Shown: positions 18,101 through 28,628, counted from the stretch's first letter. The stretch: 64,000 nucleotides of DNA from an uncultured Candidatus Binatia bacterium (GCA_965215605.1 OZ244070.1:352001-416000), one strand, 5' to 3'. Program-made: numbers and translations. The notes: generated from the sequence alone by a model not told the origin.

Positions 18101-19051
18101 CTAGATCCGCTGCCCCGACGCCGAGTCCTTCAACACCTCGTAGGCCCGCAGCCCCACTGCCAGGTCCATGATTCCCAACCCTTGAAGCTTGAACAACGTG
18201 ATCTCCTCGGGCGTCGTCCGTCCCGGGGCGTTTCCGAGGATCACATCCCCCAGCTCGCACACGCCGTCCCAAGTGAGCACGCCGTCCCGGACGGCCCGGA
18301 ACACGTCGCTTTCGTTGGCCTCCACGGTCGCCTTCGAGGTGATGCAGACCCGCCCGGACCGGGTCATGGTATCCTGGTCGATCTCTTCCCGCACCCGGGT
18401 GCTGTCACCGTTGGCGATGGAGGTGACGTGCATGCCGGGACGGAGGCGGCGGCCATCGAACACCGGGGTTTGCGCGTTGGTGGCCGTAATCACGATGTCC
18501 ATTCCCTCCAGCGCGTCTTCGGGACTGTCCGCCACCGTGACCTCCACTTCCAGTGCATCGCGGACGCGGTCTGCGAATCGGAAACGATGCTCCGGGGCGC
18601 GGCTGAAGACACGGACGGTATCGATGGGTCTCACCGCGCACACCGCCTGGAGCTGGGTGAAAGCGTGCTTCTCGCTGCCGATGACCGCCACCCGGCTGGC
18701 GTCCGGGGGTGCCAGGTGCTTGGCGCCGACGCCGCCGGCCGCGCCGGTGCGAAGCTCGTTGATGGCGCAGTCCTGGAACAGGATCAGCGGTTCGCCGGTC
18801 TCGACGCTGTAGAGGATCACGGTCTCGTGGTGGATGGCGCGGTCCCGATCGGTCTGCAGGTAGGCCCCCATGACCCCCTTGAAGGAACCCGGCAGCACCC
18901 CGAACAGCATCCGGTTGGCGTGATGGATGCGCCGGCGCGGCAGCACCACGGCGTTGCCGCGGGAGGTCTCGGCGAGGCTCTCCTCCACCGCCTCGATGGC
19001 CTGGACCATGGGAATGATGGTCTCCACCGGCGTCTCTTCAAGGAACAGCAT
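18101..19051 (-). CDS. Ornithine cyclodeaminase / mu-crystallin family protein
   Basis: NELRTGAAGGVGAKHLA, DIVITATN, GRTTPEEITLFK..GLGIMDLA. Confidence 0.9.
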   Translation of the reverse strand: MLFLEETPVETIIPMVQAIEAVEESLAETSRGNAVVLPRRRIHHANRMLFGVLPGSFKGVMGAYLQTDRDRAIHHETVILYSVETGEPLILFQDCAINELRTGAAGGVGAKHLAPPDASRVAVIGSEKHAFTQLQAVCAVRPIDTVRVFSRAPEHRFRFADRVRDALEVEVTVADSPEDALEGMDIVITATNAQTPVFDGRRLRPGMHVTSIANGDSTRVREEIDQDTMTRSGRVCITSKATVEANESDVFRAVRDGVLTWDGVCELGDVILGNAPGRTTPEEITLFKLQGLGIMDLAVGLRAYEVLKDSASGQRI

Positions 19052-19270
19052 GGATGGGTCTCCCGTTTCCGTATGCGAGCCGCCGTCAGCACTGGGACCG
19101 CGGCCCGCGGGCCTGTCCGGCGCAGTCTGCCATCCCTTGAACTGCCCGTCCAGGAGCGCTATTCAAGACCTTGACCGCTTGTCGTTTCGGCGCACCGTCG
19201 AGTCCGGGCCATCGCCACGGCCCGTCCGCTGTCGGGCTGGTGCCGCTGCCATCCATACAGGAGGAATCCC

Positions 19271-20353
19271 ATGGCCATTAACGGTACCAAGGTCATCGAC
19301 CTGGACAGCCATCTGGTGGGAGACGTGAGCAACTGGAAACACTGCATCGAGGAGGAGTGGAGGGATCAATTGCCCCGGCCGCTTCCGACCAGACCCGACG
19401 AAAGGCGCAAGACCCTGGTGGGATCCCGCATCATGGTGGGCTCGGAGGTGACGCGGCAGAGCGGCGAAAAGCCCCAGTGGCACAAGGCGGAGGATCTGGC
19501 GGCCGGAGGCCGGGTGCGGAACCTCGACAAGGACGGCATCGACGTGGCCGTGCTCTCGCCCAACTCACCCGCGCTGGACCTGGTTTGGTTTCCGGAAGAC
19601 CCGGAGCTGGCGGCGGCCTATTGCCGGGCCCAGAACAACTACATGCGGCAATACGCCGGCGAGTTTCCGGAACGGCTGCAATGGGCGGGCGTCATCCCTT
19701 GGCAGGACGTGGACCTGGCGGTCAAGGAACTGCACCGGATGGCGGACATGGGCAACCAGGCCCTCAACATGAAGGCGGTGCCGGTGGCCGGACGCCTGTG
19801 CTGGGACCCCTACTACGATCCCATCTACGCCGAACTGGAAAACCTGAACTGGCCGATCATCGTCCACGACACCAAGCACGAGTCCATGGGCCAGGAACGG
19901 TTCGCCGACAACTTCTTCTTCTCGCACATGGTCGGGCGTGTCTTCGAGTCCATGGTGTGCATGATGTCGTTCATCTGCGGCGGCGTGCTGGAACGGTTCC
20001 CGAAGCTGAACCTCGTGTGCCTCGAGACCGGCGCCTCCCAGATGCCGTGGTGGCTGGGGCGCATGGACGAGCACCATGAGAAGCTGCCGCACCTGGTGCC
20101 CTGGCTCAAGATGAAGCCCAGCGAGTACTTCATGCGGCAGGTGTACGTCGGCTGCGAGCCGTTCGAGGACGAGCACTTCGAGGTGGCGGTGGAGATGCTC
20201 GGCGATGACAACCTCGTGCTGGCCACGGACACGCCGCACTGGGACTCTTCTCCTCCCGGCACGGTGACCCGGCCAATCCTGGAGAGCGACAAGCTCACCG
20301 AAGAGAACAAGCGCAAGATCCTGGGCGCCAACGCGGCCCGGATATTGAACTGA
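19271..20353 (+). CDS. Amidohydrolase family protein (Amidohydro_2)
   Basis: IDLDSH, GGVLERFPKL...LETG, ATDTPHWD, ILGANAARI. Confidence 0.9.
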   Translation: MAINGTKVIDLDSHLVGDVSNWKHCIEEEWRDQLPRPLPTRPDERRKTLVGSRIMVGSEVTRQSGEKPQWHKAEDLAAGGRVRNLDKDGIDVAVLSPNSPALDLVWFPEDPELAAAYCRAQNNYMRQYAGEFPERLQWAGVIPWQDVDLAVKELHRMADMGNQALNMKAVPVAGRLCWDPYYDPIYAELENLNWPIIVHDTKHESMGQERFADNFFFSHMVGRVFESMVCMMSFICGGVLERFPKLNLVCLETGASQMPWWLGRMDEHHEKLPHLVPWLKMKPSEYFMRQVYVGCEPFEDEHFEVAVEMLGDDNLVLATDTPHWDSSPPGTVTRPILESDKLTEENKRKILGANAARILN

Positions 20354-20405
20354 ACCAGCACCCTGAATCAGCATTCACGCAACGCGAACCAACCGGAGGT
20401 GAACC

Positions 20406-22652
20406 TTGGCCTATCAGACAGTCGGAAAGCCCATGCCCCGCATCGAGGGCGCGGATAAAGTCACCGGCGCCACCCGCTACGCCGCCGATCTGCCCATCCC
20501 CGAATCCCTTTACGCCAAGGTGCTCCGCAGCCCGCTGGCCCACGCGCGAATCCGCAAGATCGACACCGCCCCGGCCAAGGCGCTACCGGGCGTCCACGCG
20601 GTTCTGACCGGCGCCGATCTGCCCGAGGTGTACGTCGGACTGCGGATGAAGGACATGCCCGTGCTGGCAACGGACAAGGTGCGGTTCGTGGGCGACCCGG
20701 TGGCCGCGGTGGCCGCGGATACGCCCGAGATCGCCGAGGCGGCGCTGGGCCTCATCGAGGTCGACTATGAGGAACTGCCCGGGGTGTACGACCCGCTGGA
20801 GGCGGTCAAGCCCGGTTCTGCGGCGCTCCACGACGCGCCGCGCGACTACAAGAACGCGCCGCCGCTCGCGGAGGGCGTCGACCCGGACCGGCCCAACGTC
20901 CAGTCCCACAGCATCTGGCAGAACGGCGATACCGACGGCGGCTTCGACAACGCCGACCGGGTGTTCGAGGGCACCTTCGCCACGCAACTGGCGCACCACG
21001 GTTACCTGGAGCCCCACTCCTGCACCGTGGCGGTGGACGATTCGGGCAACGTGGAGGTGTGGGCCTCCAACAAGGGGCCGTTCGCGCTCAAGAACCGGCT
21101 TGCCCAGGACCTCGGAATCGAGCCCGAGAAGGTCAACGTCCACATCCTTTCGGTGGGTGGGGATTTTGGCGGCAAGGCTTCCATGATCGACACCCCGGTG
21201 TGCTACTTCCTGGCCAAGGCGACGGGCCGGCCGGTACGGTTGGTGCTCACCTACACCGAAGAGATCGCCACCGCGGCCCACCGCCATCCGGCGGTGGTGA
21301 CGCTGCGGGCAGGGGTCAAGAACGACGGCACCCTCACGGCCATCGAAGGCATGGTCACATTCGCAGGCGGCGCCTACGCGGCCTGGAAGGCCAACCCCGA
21401 GATCACGGTGATGGGCGCAAAGCGACTGGCCAGTTACTACCGGGTGCCGGCCATCCGCATCGAGACGGTGTGCGCCTACACCAATCAGGTCCCGTGCACA
21501 CAGACCCGCACCCCGGGGAGCCCGCAGATCGTCTTTGCCGTGGAATCGCTGATGGGCCAGATCGCCAGGGAAATGGACATCGATCCCGCAGACTTCCGGC
21601 TGCAAAACCTGTTGGACCCCGGCGACACGTCGCCCCTAGGGGCCAAGTGGGACGGCATCCTGGCCAAGGAAACCCTTGAGAAGGCGGTGGAGGCGTCGGG
21701 GTGGCGCACCAGCCCGCCGGGACCCAACCGGGGCCGCGGCATTGCCCTCTATGAACGCGGCGCCGGCGGCGGCAACGCCAACGCCGGCATCGATCTGGAT
21801 GAAGACGGCACGGTGACGGTGCGCGTCGGCGTGCCGGACGTAGGCCCCGGAATCCATACCGCCATCGTGCAGATCGTCAGCGAGACCTTGGGCACCGAAC
21901 CCGAAACCATCCGCATCCAGGTGGAGGACACCGACAACTCGCCCTGGGATCCCGGCACCGGCGGCAGCAAGTCCACCAACACCACCGGACACGCCGCCCA
22001 CAAGGCCGCCCGGGAGGTCCACGAGCAACTGATGGCGTGCGCCGCCCGGAAGCTCGGCTGCGAGCCCGACCAGGTAGGCCGGGTGGACGGACGCTTCGCC
22101 GCCCCCGAGGGCGGCGAGATGTCGTTCGCGGAGGTGGCCCAGGCCGCCATCGCCGACGCCGGCGGGTCGTTCCACCACGATACCGTCTTCGCGCCCGAAG
22201 GTCAGCCTCCCATCACGTCGTTCGCCGCCCAGATCGCGGAGGTAGAGGTGGATCCCGAGACCGGCCAGGTCACGGTCACCCGCATGACCACCGCCCACGA
22301 TTCCGGCAGAATACTGAATCACCTGACCTACCAGGGCCAGATCGACGGCGGCGTGGTGAACGGCGTGGGCTTCGCGCTGATGGAAGACAACCCCATGTCC
22401 GACGGCAAGATCACCACCCTGAACCTCGGCGACTTCAAGCTGCCCTGCGCCAAGGACATCCCCCGGCTCGACACCGTGTTCGTCGACCAGGGCGAAGGCC
22501 CCGTCCCCTTCCAGGGCAAGGCCATCGGCGAGCTCCCCAACGTCCCCACCGCCGCCGCCATCGCCAACGCCGTGGCCGACGCCACCGGCGCGCGGGTGTA
22601 CGACCTGCCGCTCACGGCGGAGAAGGTGTACGCGGCGCTGCACGAGTCGTAG
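20406..22652 (+). CDS. Xanthine dehydrogenase family molybdopterin-binding subunit
   Basis: KVTGATRYAAD, GGDFGGK, EVEVDPETG, GQIDGG, KAIGE; TTG start with GGAGG RBS. Confidence 0.93.
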   Translation: MAYQTVGKPMPRIEGADKVTGATRYAADLPIPESLYAKVLRSPLAHARIRKIDTAPAKALPGVHAVLTGADLPEVYVGLRMKDMPVLATDKVRFVGDPVAAVAADTPEIAEAALGLIEVDYEELPGVYDPLEAVKPGSAALHDAPRDYKNAPPLAEGVDPDRPNVQSHSIWQNGDTDGGFDNADRVFEGTFATQLAHHGYLEPHSCTVAVDDSGNVEVWASNKGPFALKNRLAQDLGIEPEKVNVHILSVGGDFGGKASMIDTPVCYFLAKATGRPVRLVLTYTEEIATAAHRHPAVVTLRAGVKNDGTLTAIEGMVTFAGGAYAAWKANPEITVMGAKRLASYYRVPAIRIETVCAYTNQVPCTQTRTPGSPQIVFAVESLMGQIAREMDIDPADFRLQNLLDPGDTSPLGAKWDGILAKETLEKAVEASGWRTSPPGPNRGRGIALYERGAGGGNANAGIDLDEDGTVTVRVGVPDVGPGIHTAIVQIVSETLGTEPETIRIQVEDTDNSPWDPGTGGSKSTNTTGHAAHKAAREVHEQLMACAARKLGCEPDQVGRVDGRFAAPEGGEMSFAEVAQAAIADAGGSFHHDTVFAPEGQPPITSFAAQIAEVEVDPETGQVTVTRMTTAHDSGRILNHLTYQGQIDGGVVNGVGFALMEDNPMSDGKITTLNLGDFKLPCAKDIPRLDTVFVDQGEGPVPFQGKAIGELPNVPTAAAIANAVADATGARVYDLPLTAEKVYAALHES

Positions 22653-22666
22653 AGGGACTCCACTCC

Positions 22667-22694
22667 GGACCCTGTGCCGCTCGGCGCAGGGTCC
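22667..22694. terminator. Strong GC-rich hairpin after the XDH gene, at the left edge of the defence island
   Basis: GGACCCTGTGCCG...CGGCGCAGGGTCC inverted repeat; no clear U-tract. Confidence 0.45.
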
Positions 22695-22783
22695 CACTTC
22701 ACAGCCGTATTCTCGAGCGATCCGTAGGTCGGATTCCCGGAGCGTAATGTCGGCAACGGCCCGGGGTGCCTTCCACCTGCGCC

Positions 22784-23101
22784 TCATCTGATTGCTTGAA
22801 CCTTCAGTTGTAACCCCTCGTGCTTCTGAAACTGGCCGATGATCTCACACAGAGCACGGGCTCGGGGGTTGCCTCCAGGGCCGAACATACGCATCAGGCT
22901 CTTCGGCGATTTGTCGGCAAGCCCACCGAGTTTCTGAAAGCCAATGATTGCGTTGATGCAGTCGCGCAAGACGGCCTTGCCGGTGTCAATGTCGCCGGCG
23001 AGCAAACATTCAATTCCTTCGGTGAACAGTGCCTCCCGAAAGGCTGGGTCCCGTTCAACACGCTCTCGGATGGCTTCTCGTGAATCTCGTGTCAGCACCA
23101 T
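22784..23101 (-). CDS. Addiction-module antidote / HTH transcriptional regulator (orphan antitoxin)
   Basis: MVLTRDSRE...RDPAFREAL...GKAVLRD.INA.IGF...KSLMRMFGPGGNP pattern; RBS GGGAGG. Confidence 0.78.
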   Translation of the reverse strand: MVLTRDSREAIRERVERDPAFREALFTEGIECLLAGDIDTGKAVLRDCINAIIGFQKLGGLADKSPKSLMRMFGPGGNPRARALCEIIGQFQKHEGLQLKVQAIR

Positions 23102-23168
23102 CGAATCCTCCCGTGATTTGCGCTTCATTGTACTCCCGCCAGAGTTCTTCGTACCTCTTGGACCAAAC

Positions 23169-23378
23169 TCACGAACGCCAGGCTTTCGCCATGACTGCCT
23201 TGTTGAGGAGGTCCAGCCCGTCCATTTTCGCAAGCACCCTGACTTCCTGCCGGCGGGCGTCGGCGGACACGACTTCACGTAACGCGGCCTCGATTATCTC
23301 TTCGACGGAGGGCAGCCCGAGCGTGCGACGCGCCTCCTGAATCAGACTCTCATCAATGTCAACGGTGATCCTGGGCAT
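23169..23378 (-). CDS. VapB-family antitoxin (orphan)
   Basis: MPRITVDIDESLIQEARRTLG...IIEAALREVV RHH-type VapB pattern ending AWR. Confidence 0.75.
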   Translation of the reverse strand: MPRITVDIDESLIQEARRTLGLPSVEEIIEAALREVVSADARRQEVRVLAKMDGLDLLNKAVMAKAWRS

Positions 23379-23668
23379 ACGGCCATTTTATATCATTCGA
23401 ACAATAATTTATCGATCAGGGCGCAAGTGTATCGTCGGATACGGCCCCGACCAATGTCGACACGGAATCCCTGCTTGAAGACCCTAGCTTCGGCGGCCGG
23501 TGGCGTAGTTCCGTTTCTCGCGACTGACCGGCCAAGATTCCACGAGACGAAACTTCGGATCGTCAAGGTTTTGTCATTCTGGGCTTTCCTTGGTAACTGC
23601 TTGTCCATCGTTTTACGTATGAAAACCAGCGGTCACCAAGAACTCACGGCAAGGAAGGATAGCCCGGA

Positions 23669-26600
23669 ATGACGGCACCCGACTCCCTGTTTCAGGACAC
23701 CATCTTCAGGGTCCTCGAAAACGCACCGCGCGGGCTGACCGTCGAACGCATTCGTACACAGTTGGCTGAGGCGGGAGCGACGATCGGCAAGGACGAAGTC
23801 GTACGGGCTCTGGCACACATGAACGAACGCCAACTGGTCCAGTTCGGTGCGGCGCGACGTTGGCATGTCCGCCGGCAAGGGAACAAAACTGCGGAAGATA
23901 CCGTCTCTGGCAGACCAGACGAATACTTGGTTGCAGTCCCTTGCCAAGCCACCGCTGGTGAGGCGGCCGTGGTGGGGCCGGACATGCAAGGCGGGCGCAT
24001 CGACGCCAGCATGGACCTCTTGCAACGCCTCCTGCCTTACTATCAGGATGCGTTACGACACGGTGACGGCGGCCAGCCTCAAGCCTTCGCAAACCAGTAC
24101 GGGGAGAATTTCGTGCTGCTGGAGCCGGACAAGCCCTGGTGGCCGAAGGTGGAGCGGGGTCGCACGTTGGTCGTTCCACTCTCGCGAATGCCGGACGGCG
24201 CGCGAACGCGTTTGGCGAGACAAAACACACGGCACCTCCTGTTGGGTTATCCACTACATGTGGTAGCGCCCCGTAACGGGGAGACCGACGCCTCCGTTCG
24301 TCCTGTTTCGGTCTTCCGTTGCCGTTACGATCAGACAGAGACGCATCTACTGATTCGCGTTCCGGTGACCAGACCCATAATCGTTCGAGACTGGCTGCGA
24401 GATCAAGTGAGGTACAGCGGGTGGAATGCTGCGCGTTTGTTGAGCTGGTTGCTGATCGAAGATGAGACCGCAGATCTGGACACCGAGGATGAAGCCGAGA
24501 GCCCGGAATTCCTGGAGATTCCCACTTTCGCCGCTCGGCTGGAATCCGCTGCCGGCAAGAGGTTGCACCAGAGGCTTCTTCCAGACGCAGTGGCCGGCCG
24601 CGTGCCTCGTGGTGGCGTGACCGGGTTCTATAACGGTCTGGCCTTATTCCCGGAGGCCATCGGGAACTACGTCCGCTCCGCCATCAGGGACTATGACCGG
24701 CTTTGCCAGGAACCCAGGGAACGGCTAGAGGGCAGTGCGATCGGCACGCTGTTCGGGACAGAGCGGCCTGCTTCCCCGGTTCCGGCCATCGTGCATCCGT
24801 TCCCCCTCGGCGAGGCCCAATTGTTGGCAGGGCGGGCCGCCCTATCCCAACCCCTGACCGTGATCACCGGCCCGCCGGGAACAGGCAAGTCGCAGGTCAT
24901 CGCTTCGATCATGCTCAGCGCCGCGGCCGCCGGACGTTCCGTACTGCTGGCGGCACGCCAGCATCGTGCCATCGACGCTGTGAAAGAGCGTATGGAGTCT
25001 CTGACCGAAGATCGGGTTCTGCTCGTTCGAGCCAACGAATCCCAAGGATTCGGAAAGTTCACGTTCGCTGACGGTCTGCGTGCCCTGCAGACCCGGGCGG
25101 GTGGCCCGGACGCAACTCAGCGTTTCGCCAGACGTTTAAGCCGTTTGGCGGAAGTTGATTCGCAGCGCTGGAATCTACTGGAGAGATGGCTGAGCCTCAA
25201 GTCTCTGGGGGAAACCGGCGCCCATCTGTTGGCAGACCTGGAACGGCTGGGAGCCGAACGGGCGAAGCTATCGGAGGCGGTGGGACCTACGCCCAACAAG
25301 TCCCGTTTTTTCGTCGGGCTTCTCCACACGCTGGCCCGCTTTCTCCGCTTTCCGGTCGGTAGGGATATTCCGCTCGGTGCCGAATTTCGTCAAGCGCGTT
25401 TCGACCGTGAGGTGATCCGGTTAGAGGCTACTCTGGGCGAGTTGGAAGATCGGATCCAAACGCTTCGGAAGGAGTTGGAGGGCCAGGCCGAGAACCCGGT
25501 TACTATAGGGGAGCAAGTTCAGACACTCAGCAGCGAAATCATGGAGCCGCTCCTCGACCACCTCGACGCCGTGTCTCAGGATGACAGGCAGGTGCTAGCG
25601 GCTATTGCCGGCGATGCCGCCATCATGGGACAGAGAGATATCGACAGCGATGCGTACCGGCTGATTTTGAAGTACATGCCGCTCTGGGCAGTGACGACCC
25701 TCGCTGCCGGCAGCCGGATACCGCTGGAGGCGGGCCTATTCGACTATGTCGTGTTCGACGAAGCCGGCGTGACGGACATCGCATCCGCCCTCCCTCTCCT
25801 GTTCAGGGCCAAATCGGCAGTCATCGTGGGCGATCCCATGCAGCTTGGCATGATCAGCAACCTCGACCCACGTGAGGAGCGCCTGATGCTGAGCCGGCAT
25901 GAGCTCTTGGGGCCCGGCATCGGGCGTTTCGCCCAAGGACAGACCGACCTCTTCCAGCTTGCGGCGTCAGCCATCCAAGGCGCACCATTTTTGTTGAATG
26001 AACACTACCGCTGTCATCCGGATATCGCCGCATACTTCAACGAGGCCTTCTATGGCCGCCGTTTGACCGTCCTGACGGAGGCGGACAGACTGCGCGTTCC
26101 CAAGGGCTTCAAGCCGGGCCTTCACTGGACCGACGTACAGGGCTCAGTCTCCACGGGCCGTGACATTGGGATGGGAGGCTCCGCGTATTCCGACGCGGAG
26201 GCGAAAGCCGTGGTGGATATGCTGAAGGCGTTGGAGGCGCTAGGTTTTGAAGGAACCGTGGGCGTCGTTACCTTCTTTGCGCCGCAGGCCAGGCACATCA
26301 ATGAACGCGCAAGCCGCGAGATCGGCGCCGACAAGCTCAATCGTCTGAACGTCAAGATATTCACTGCCAACAAGTTCCAGGGCGATGAACGCGACGTAAT
26401 GCTGTTGTCGCTCTGCCTGGCTCCAAACATGCCGGACGGCGCGCGGAACTTCCTGATGAGAGAGAAGCGCCTGCTAAACGTCGCGGTCAGCCGGGCGCGC
26501 GCGGTCTGCCACGTCTTCGGTAACAGGGGGTTCGCCGCATCCTGTGGCATTCCACACATTGAGACCCTGGTCCGCCGAGTGAATGAAGCCGCCGTGCCGC

Positions 26601-26944
26601 CCGACGCCAAGTTCGACGATCGCTTCGACAGCCCTTGGGAAAAGCGACTTTACGAAGCGCTGATCGAGCGTGGGGTCGACCCGATACCGCAGCATCCGGT
26701 TGCGGGGCGCTTCCTGGACTTGGCGGTAGTAGACGACACACGCTGGCCGCCTGTGCGCCTGGACATCGAAGTGGACGGTGTCACTTACCACACAGATGAC
26801 GACGGCAACCGCCTCCAGACGGATCTGTGGCGTGACCGTCAATTGCGGGGGCTGGGTTGGAAGGTCCTACGTTTCTGGGTCTACGAGTTGAGGGACGACA
26901 TGGAGGGGTGTCTTGAGCGAGTGGAACAAGCCATCAGAGACTGA
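23669..26944 (+). CDS. SF1 (UPF1/DNA2-like) helicase with N-terminal wHTH-like region and C-terminal DUF559/Vsr-like nuclease (CnuH-like)
   Basis: GPPGTGKS, FDEAG, VGDPMQL, LNEHYRC, KFQGDERD, LNVAVSRAR; C-terminal DSPWE...IEVDG..YH...RDRQLRGLGWKVLRFW. Confidence 0.9.
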   Translation: MTAPDSLFQDTIFRVLENAPRGLTVERIRTQLAEAGATIGKDEVVRALAHMNERQLVQFGAARRWHVRRQGNKTAEDTVSGRPDEYLVAVPCQATAGEAAVVGPDMQGGRIDASMDLLQRLLPYYQDALRHGDGGQPQAFANQYGENFVLLEPDKPWWPKVERGRTLVVPLSRMPDGARTRLARQNTRHLLLGYPLHVVAPRNGETDASVRPVSVFRCRYDQTETHLLIRVPVTRPIIVRDWLRDQVRYSGWNAARLLSWLLIEDETADLDTEDEAESPEFLEIPTFAARLESAAGKRLHQRLLPDAVAGRVPRGGVTGFYNGLALFPEAIGNYVRSAIRDYDRLCQEPRERLEGSAIGTLFGTERPASPVPAIVHPFPLGEAQLLAGRAALSQPLTVITGPPGTGKSQVIASIMLSAAAAGRSVLLAARQHRAIDAVKERMESLTEDRVLLVRANESQGFGKFTFADGLRALQTRAGGPDATQRFARRLSRLAEVDSQRWNLLERWLSLKSLGETGAHLLADLERLGAERAKLSEAVGPTPNKSRFFVGLLHTLARFLRFPVGRDIPLGAEFRQARFDREVIRLEATLGELEDRIQTLRKELEGQAENPVTIGEQVQTLSSEIMEPLLDHLDAVSQDDRQVLAAIAGDAAIMGQRDIDSDAYRLILKYMPLWAVTTLAAGSRIPLEAGLFDYVVFDEAGVTDIASALPLLFRAKSAVIVGDPMQLGMISNLDPREERLMLSRHELLGPGIGRFAQGQTDLFQLAASAIQGAPFLLNEHYRCHPDIAAYFNEAFYGRRLTVLTEADRLRVPKGFKPGLHWTDVQGSVSTGRDIGMGGSAYSDAEAKAVVDMLKALEALGFEGTVGVVTFFAPQARHINERASREIGADKLNRLNVKIFTANKFQGDERDVMLLSLCLAPNMPDGARNFLMREKRLLNVAVSRARAVCHVFGNRGFAASCGIPHIETLVRRVNEAAVPPDAKFDDRFDSPWEKRLYEALIERGVDPIPQHPVAGRFLDLAVVDDTRWPPVRLDIEVDGVTYHTDDDGNRLQTDLWRDRQLRGLGWKVLRFWVYELRDDMEGCLERVEQAIRD

Positions 26945-28628
26945 TCGAGAGTCTTCCGAACTGCCCAGCGGATCGTCACGCCTGCGCAGCGAGTCACCTG
27001 AACCACCCCAAACGACGTCCGCGCCGGTCGGCTCGGCCCGCCAGCAGGCGAAGACCCGTCCGCGCCTGCTGCCGCTGGGGCTCGTCACGTTGATCGGTTT
27101 GGGCGCCGTGGTGTGGCTTGCGTTCGCCGTAGTGGAAAGCGTCATCAGCAGAACCGCAAAGAGGGCTGAGATCGAGGCGCTTTCCGCGCGACTCGGACCA
27201 TTGCGGGCTGAAGTGAGCAGGACCGAAGTCGCAAGGGACGAACTCCGCGCCGACCGCGACGTATTGCAACGGGAGGTGGACGGCCTGAGCGCTCGCCAGC
27301 AAGCGCTGGCTGGAGGTCTTGCAGACGCCCACGCGGTCATCGAACGGGGAGAACTGGCCCAACGTCGACAAGCCGAGTTGGACCGCGCCCTCACTGAAGA
27401 TCGGCGCAAGTTGGAAGAGCTGGAAAGGCGCCGCAATCAACTCGCCACCGAGGTCGCCTCCGTAGGGGAACGCAGAGACGACCTGAATACTGCCTTCAAC
27501 GCCGAAGCGGATCGTCTGAAGGTCATGCGCGGTGACCTCCAAACCCTTCGCGCCCAGCGACAGCGGACAGCGGACGAACGCCGCGCCGACCGCGATGCAT
27601 TGCAACGGGAGATGGACGGCCTGAGCGCTCGCCAGCAAGCGCTGGCTGGAGATCTTGCGGAGGCGCACGCGGTCATCGAACGGGCAGAGCTGGCCGAACG
27701 TCGACAGGCCGAGATGGACCGCGCCCTCACTGAGGATCGGCGCAAATTGGAAGAGCTGGAAAGGCGCCGCAATCAACTCGCCACCGAGGTCGCCTCCGTA
27801 GGGGAACGCAGGGACGACCTGAATATTGCCATCAACACCGAAACCGATCATCTCAAGGTCCTACGTAGCGACGTCCAGACCCTTCGCGCTGAGCGGCAAC
27901 GAGCCGAACAGGAGCGGGAGAAGGCCGAGAGTGAATTAGCGCGTGTGCGCACAGCTCTTCGCCATATCGAGGCCAAACGCGAAGCGGCACGTGTCCAGGA
28001 GCGAATGCTGGCGGGTCGCGTCCGCGAACTTGCGGCCGAGCAGTCGGGCCTCGAACCCGTGCAGAAACAGATTGCCGAGACGAAGCAGACACTCGCGAAC
28101 GTCCGCCAGGAGTTGGATGCGGTAAGCCTTCAGCTCGCGGAAACGCGCGCGGACGCGGCCCAGACTCGAACGTTGGCCGACCAGCTCCCCCTTCTGAAGG
28201 AGGAAACACAAGCCCTGGAAGCGCGCAGAAAGGAAGCCGTCCGTGACATCGCCGATCTGGAGGGGAAGCGGGCCGAGAGAATCCGCGTCGCTGGGGAGAT
28301 CAGTGTTGCACAGGGCAGGCGGAATGGGTTGTTGAAGGACGAAGCGGAACTCCGCGCACGGATCGACACTCTCGAAATGCGGCGAGACTCTCTCGGTGGG
28401 ACGATTGCGGAACTGGAGAAGGAACGGGTCGGACTTGTTGGTCAGATCAAGAGACTTCACGAAGACCGCAGGCTCGCGGACAACGCGCGTATGGACGCTC
28501 AGAGTGACTTGGCGAAGCTCCAGGATCAAAACGAGAAGGAACAGCAGCGCCTGACCGCCGTAAGGCGCGAACTCGGTACGGCCGGCCAACGGTTGCAGGC
28601 GATCCAACCTGACCTGGAAGCAGACTGA
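26913..28628 (+). CDS. Membrane-anchored long coiled-coil protein (CnuA-like)
   Basis: Hydrophobic LLPLGLVTLIGLGAVVWLAFAVV followed by about 490 aa of heptad-rich sequence; start codon uncertain. Confidence 0.78.
   Translation: MSEWNKPSETDRESSELPSGSSRLRSESPEPPQTTSAPVGSARQQAKTRPRLLPLGLVTLIGLGAVVWLAFAVVESVISRTAKRAEIEALSARLGPLRAEVSRTEVARDELRADRDVLQREVDGLSARQQALAGGLADAHAVIERGELAQRRQAELDRALTEDRRKLEELERRRNQLATEVASVGERRDDLNTAFNAEADRLKVMRGDLQTLRAQRQRTADERRADRDALQREMDGLSARQQALAGDLAEAHAVIERAELAERRQAEMDRALTEDRRKLEELERRRNQLATEVASVGERRDDLNIAINTETDHLKVLRSDVQTLRAERQRAEQEREKAESELARVRTALRHIEAKREAARVQERMLAGRVRELAAEQSGLEPVQKQIAETKQTLANVRQELDAVSLQLAETRADAAQTRTLADQLPLLKEETQALEARRKEAVRDIADLEGKRAERIRVAGEISVAQGRRNGLLKDEAELRARIDTLEMRRDSLGGTIAELEKERVGLVGQIKRLHEDRRLADNARMDAQSDLAKLQDQNEKEQQRLTAVRRELGTAGQRLQAIQPDLEAD
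27245..27916 (+). repeat. Intragenic tandem duplication, 2 x 336 bp (112 aa)
   Basis: CCGCGCCGACCGCGA at 27245 and 27581, CCTTCGCGC at 27545 and 27881; the block RADRD.LQRE.DGLSARQQALAG...ATEVASVGERRDDLN occurs twice. Confidence 0.9.

Noticed and set aside
26913-28628. SMC or Wadjet/Lamassu component
   Set aside because: No Walker A/B or signature motifs; it is only a TM plus coiled coil in an McrBC context
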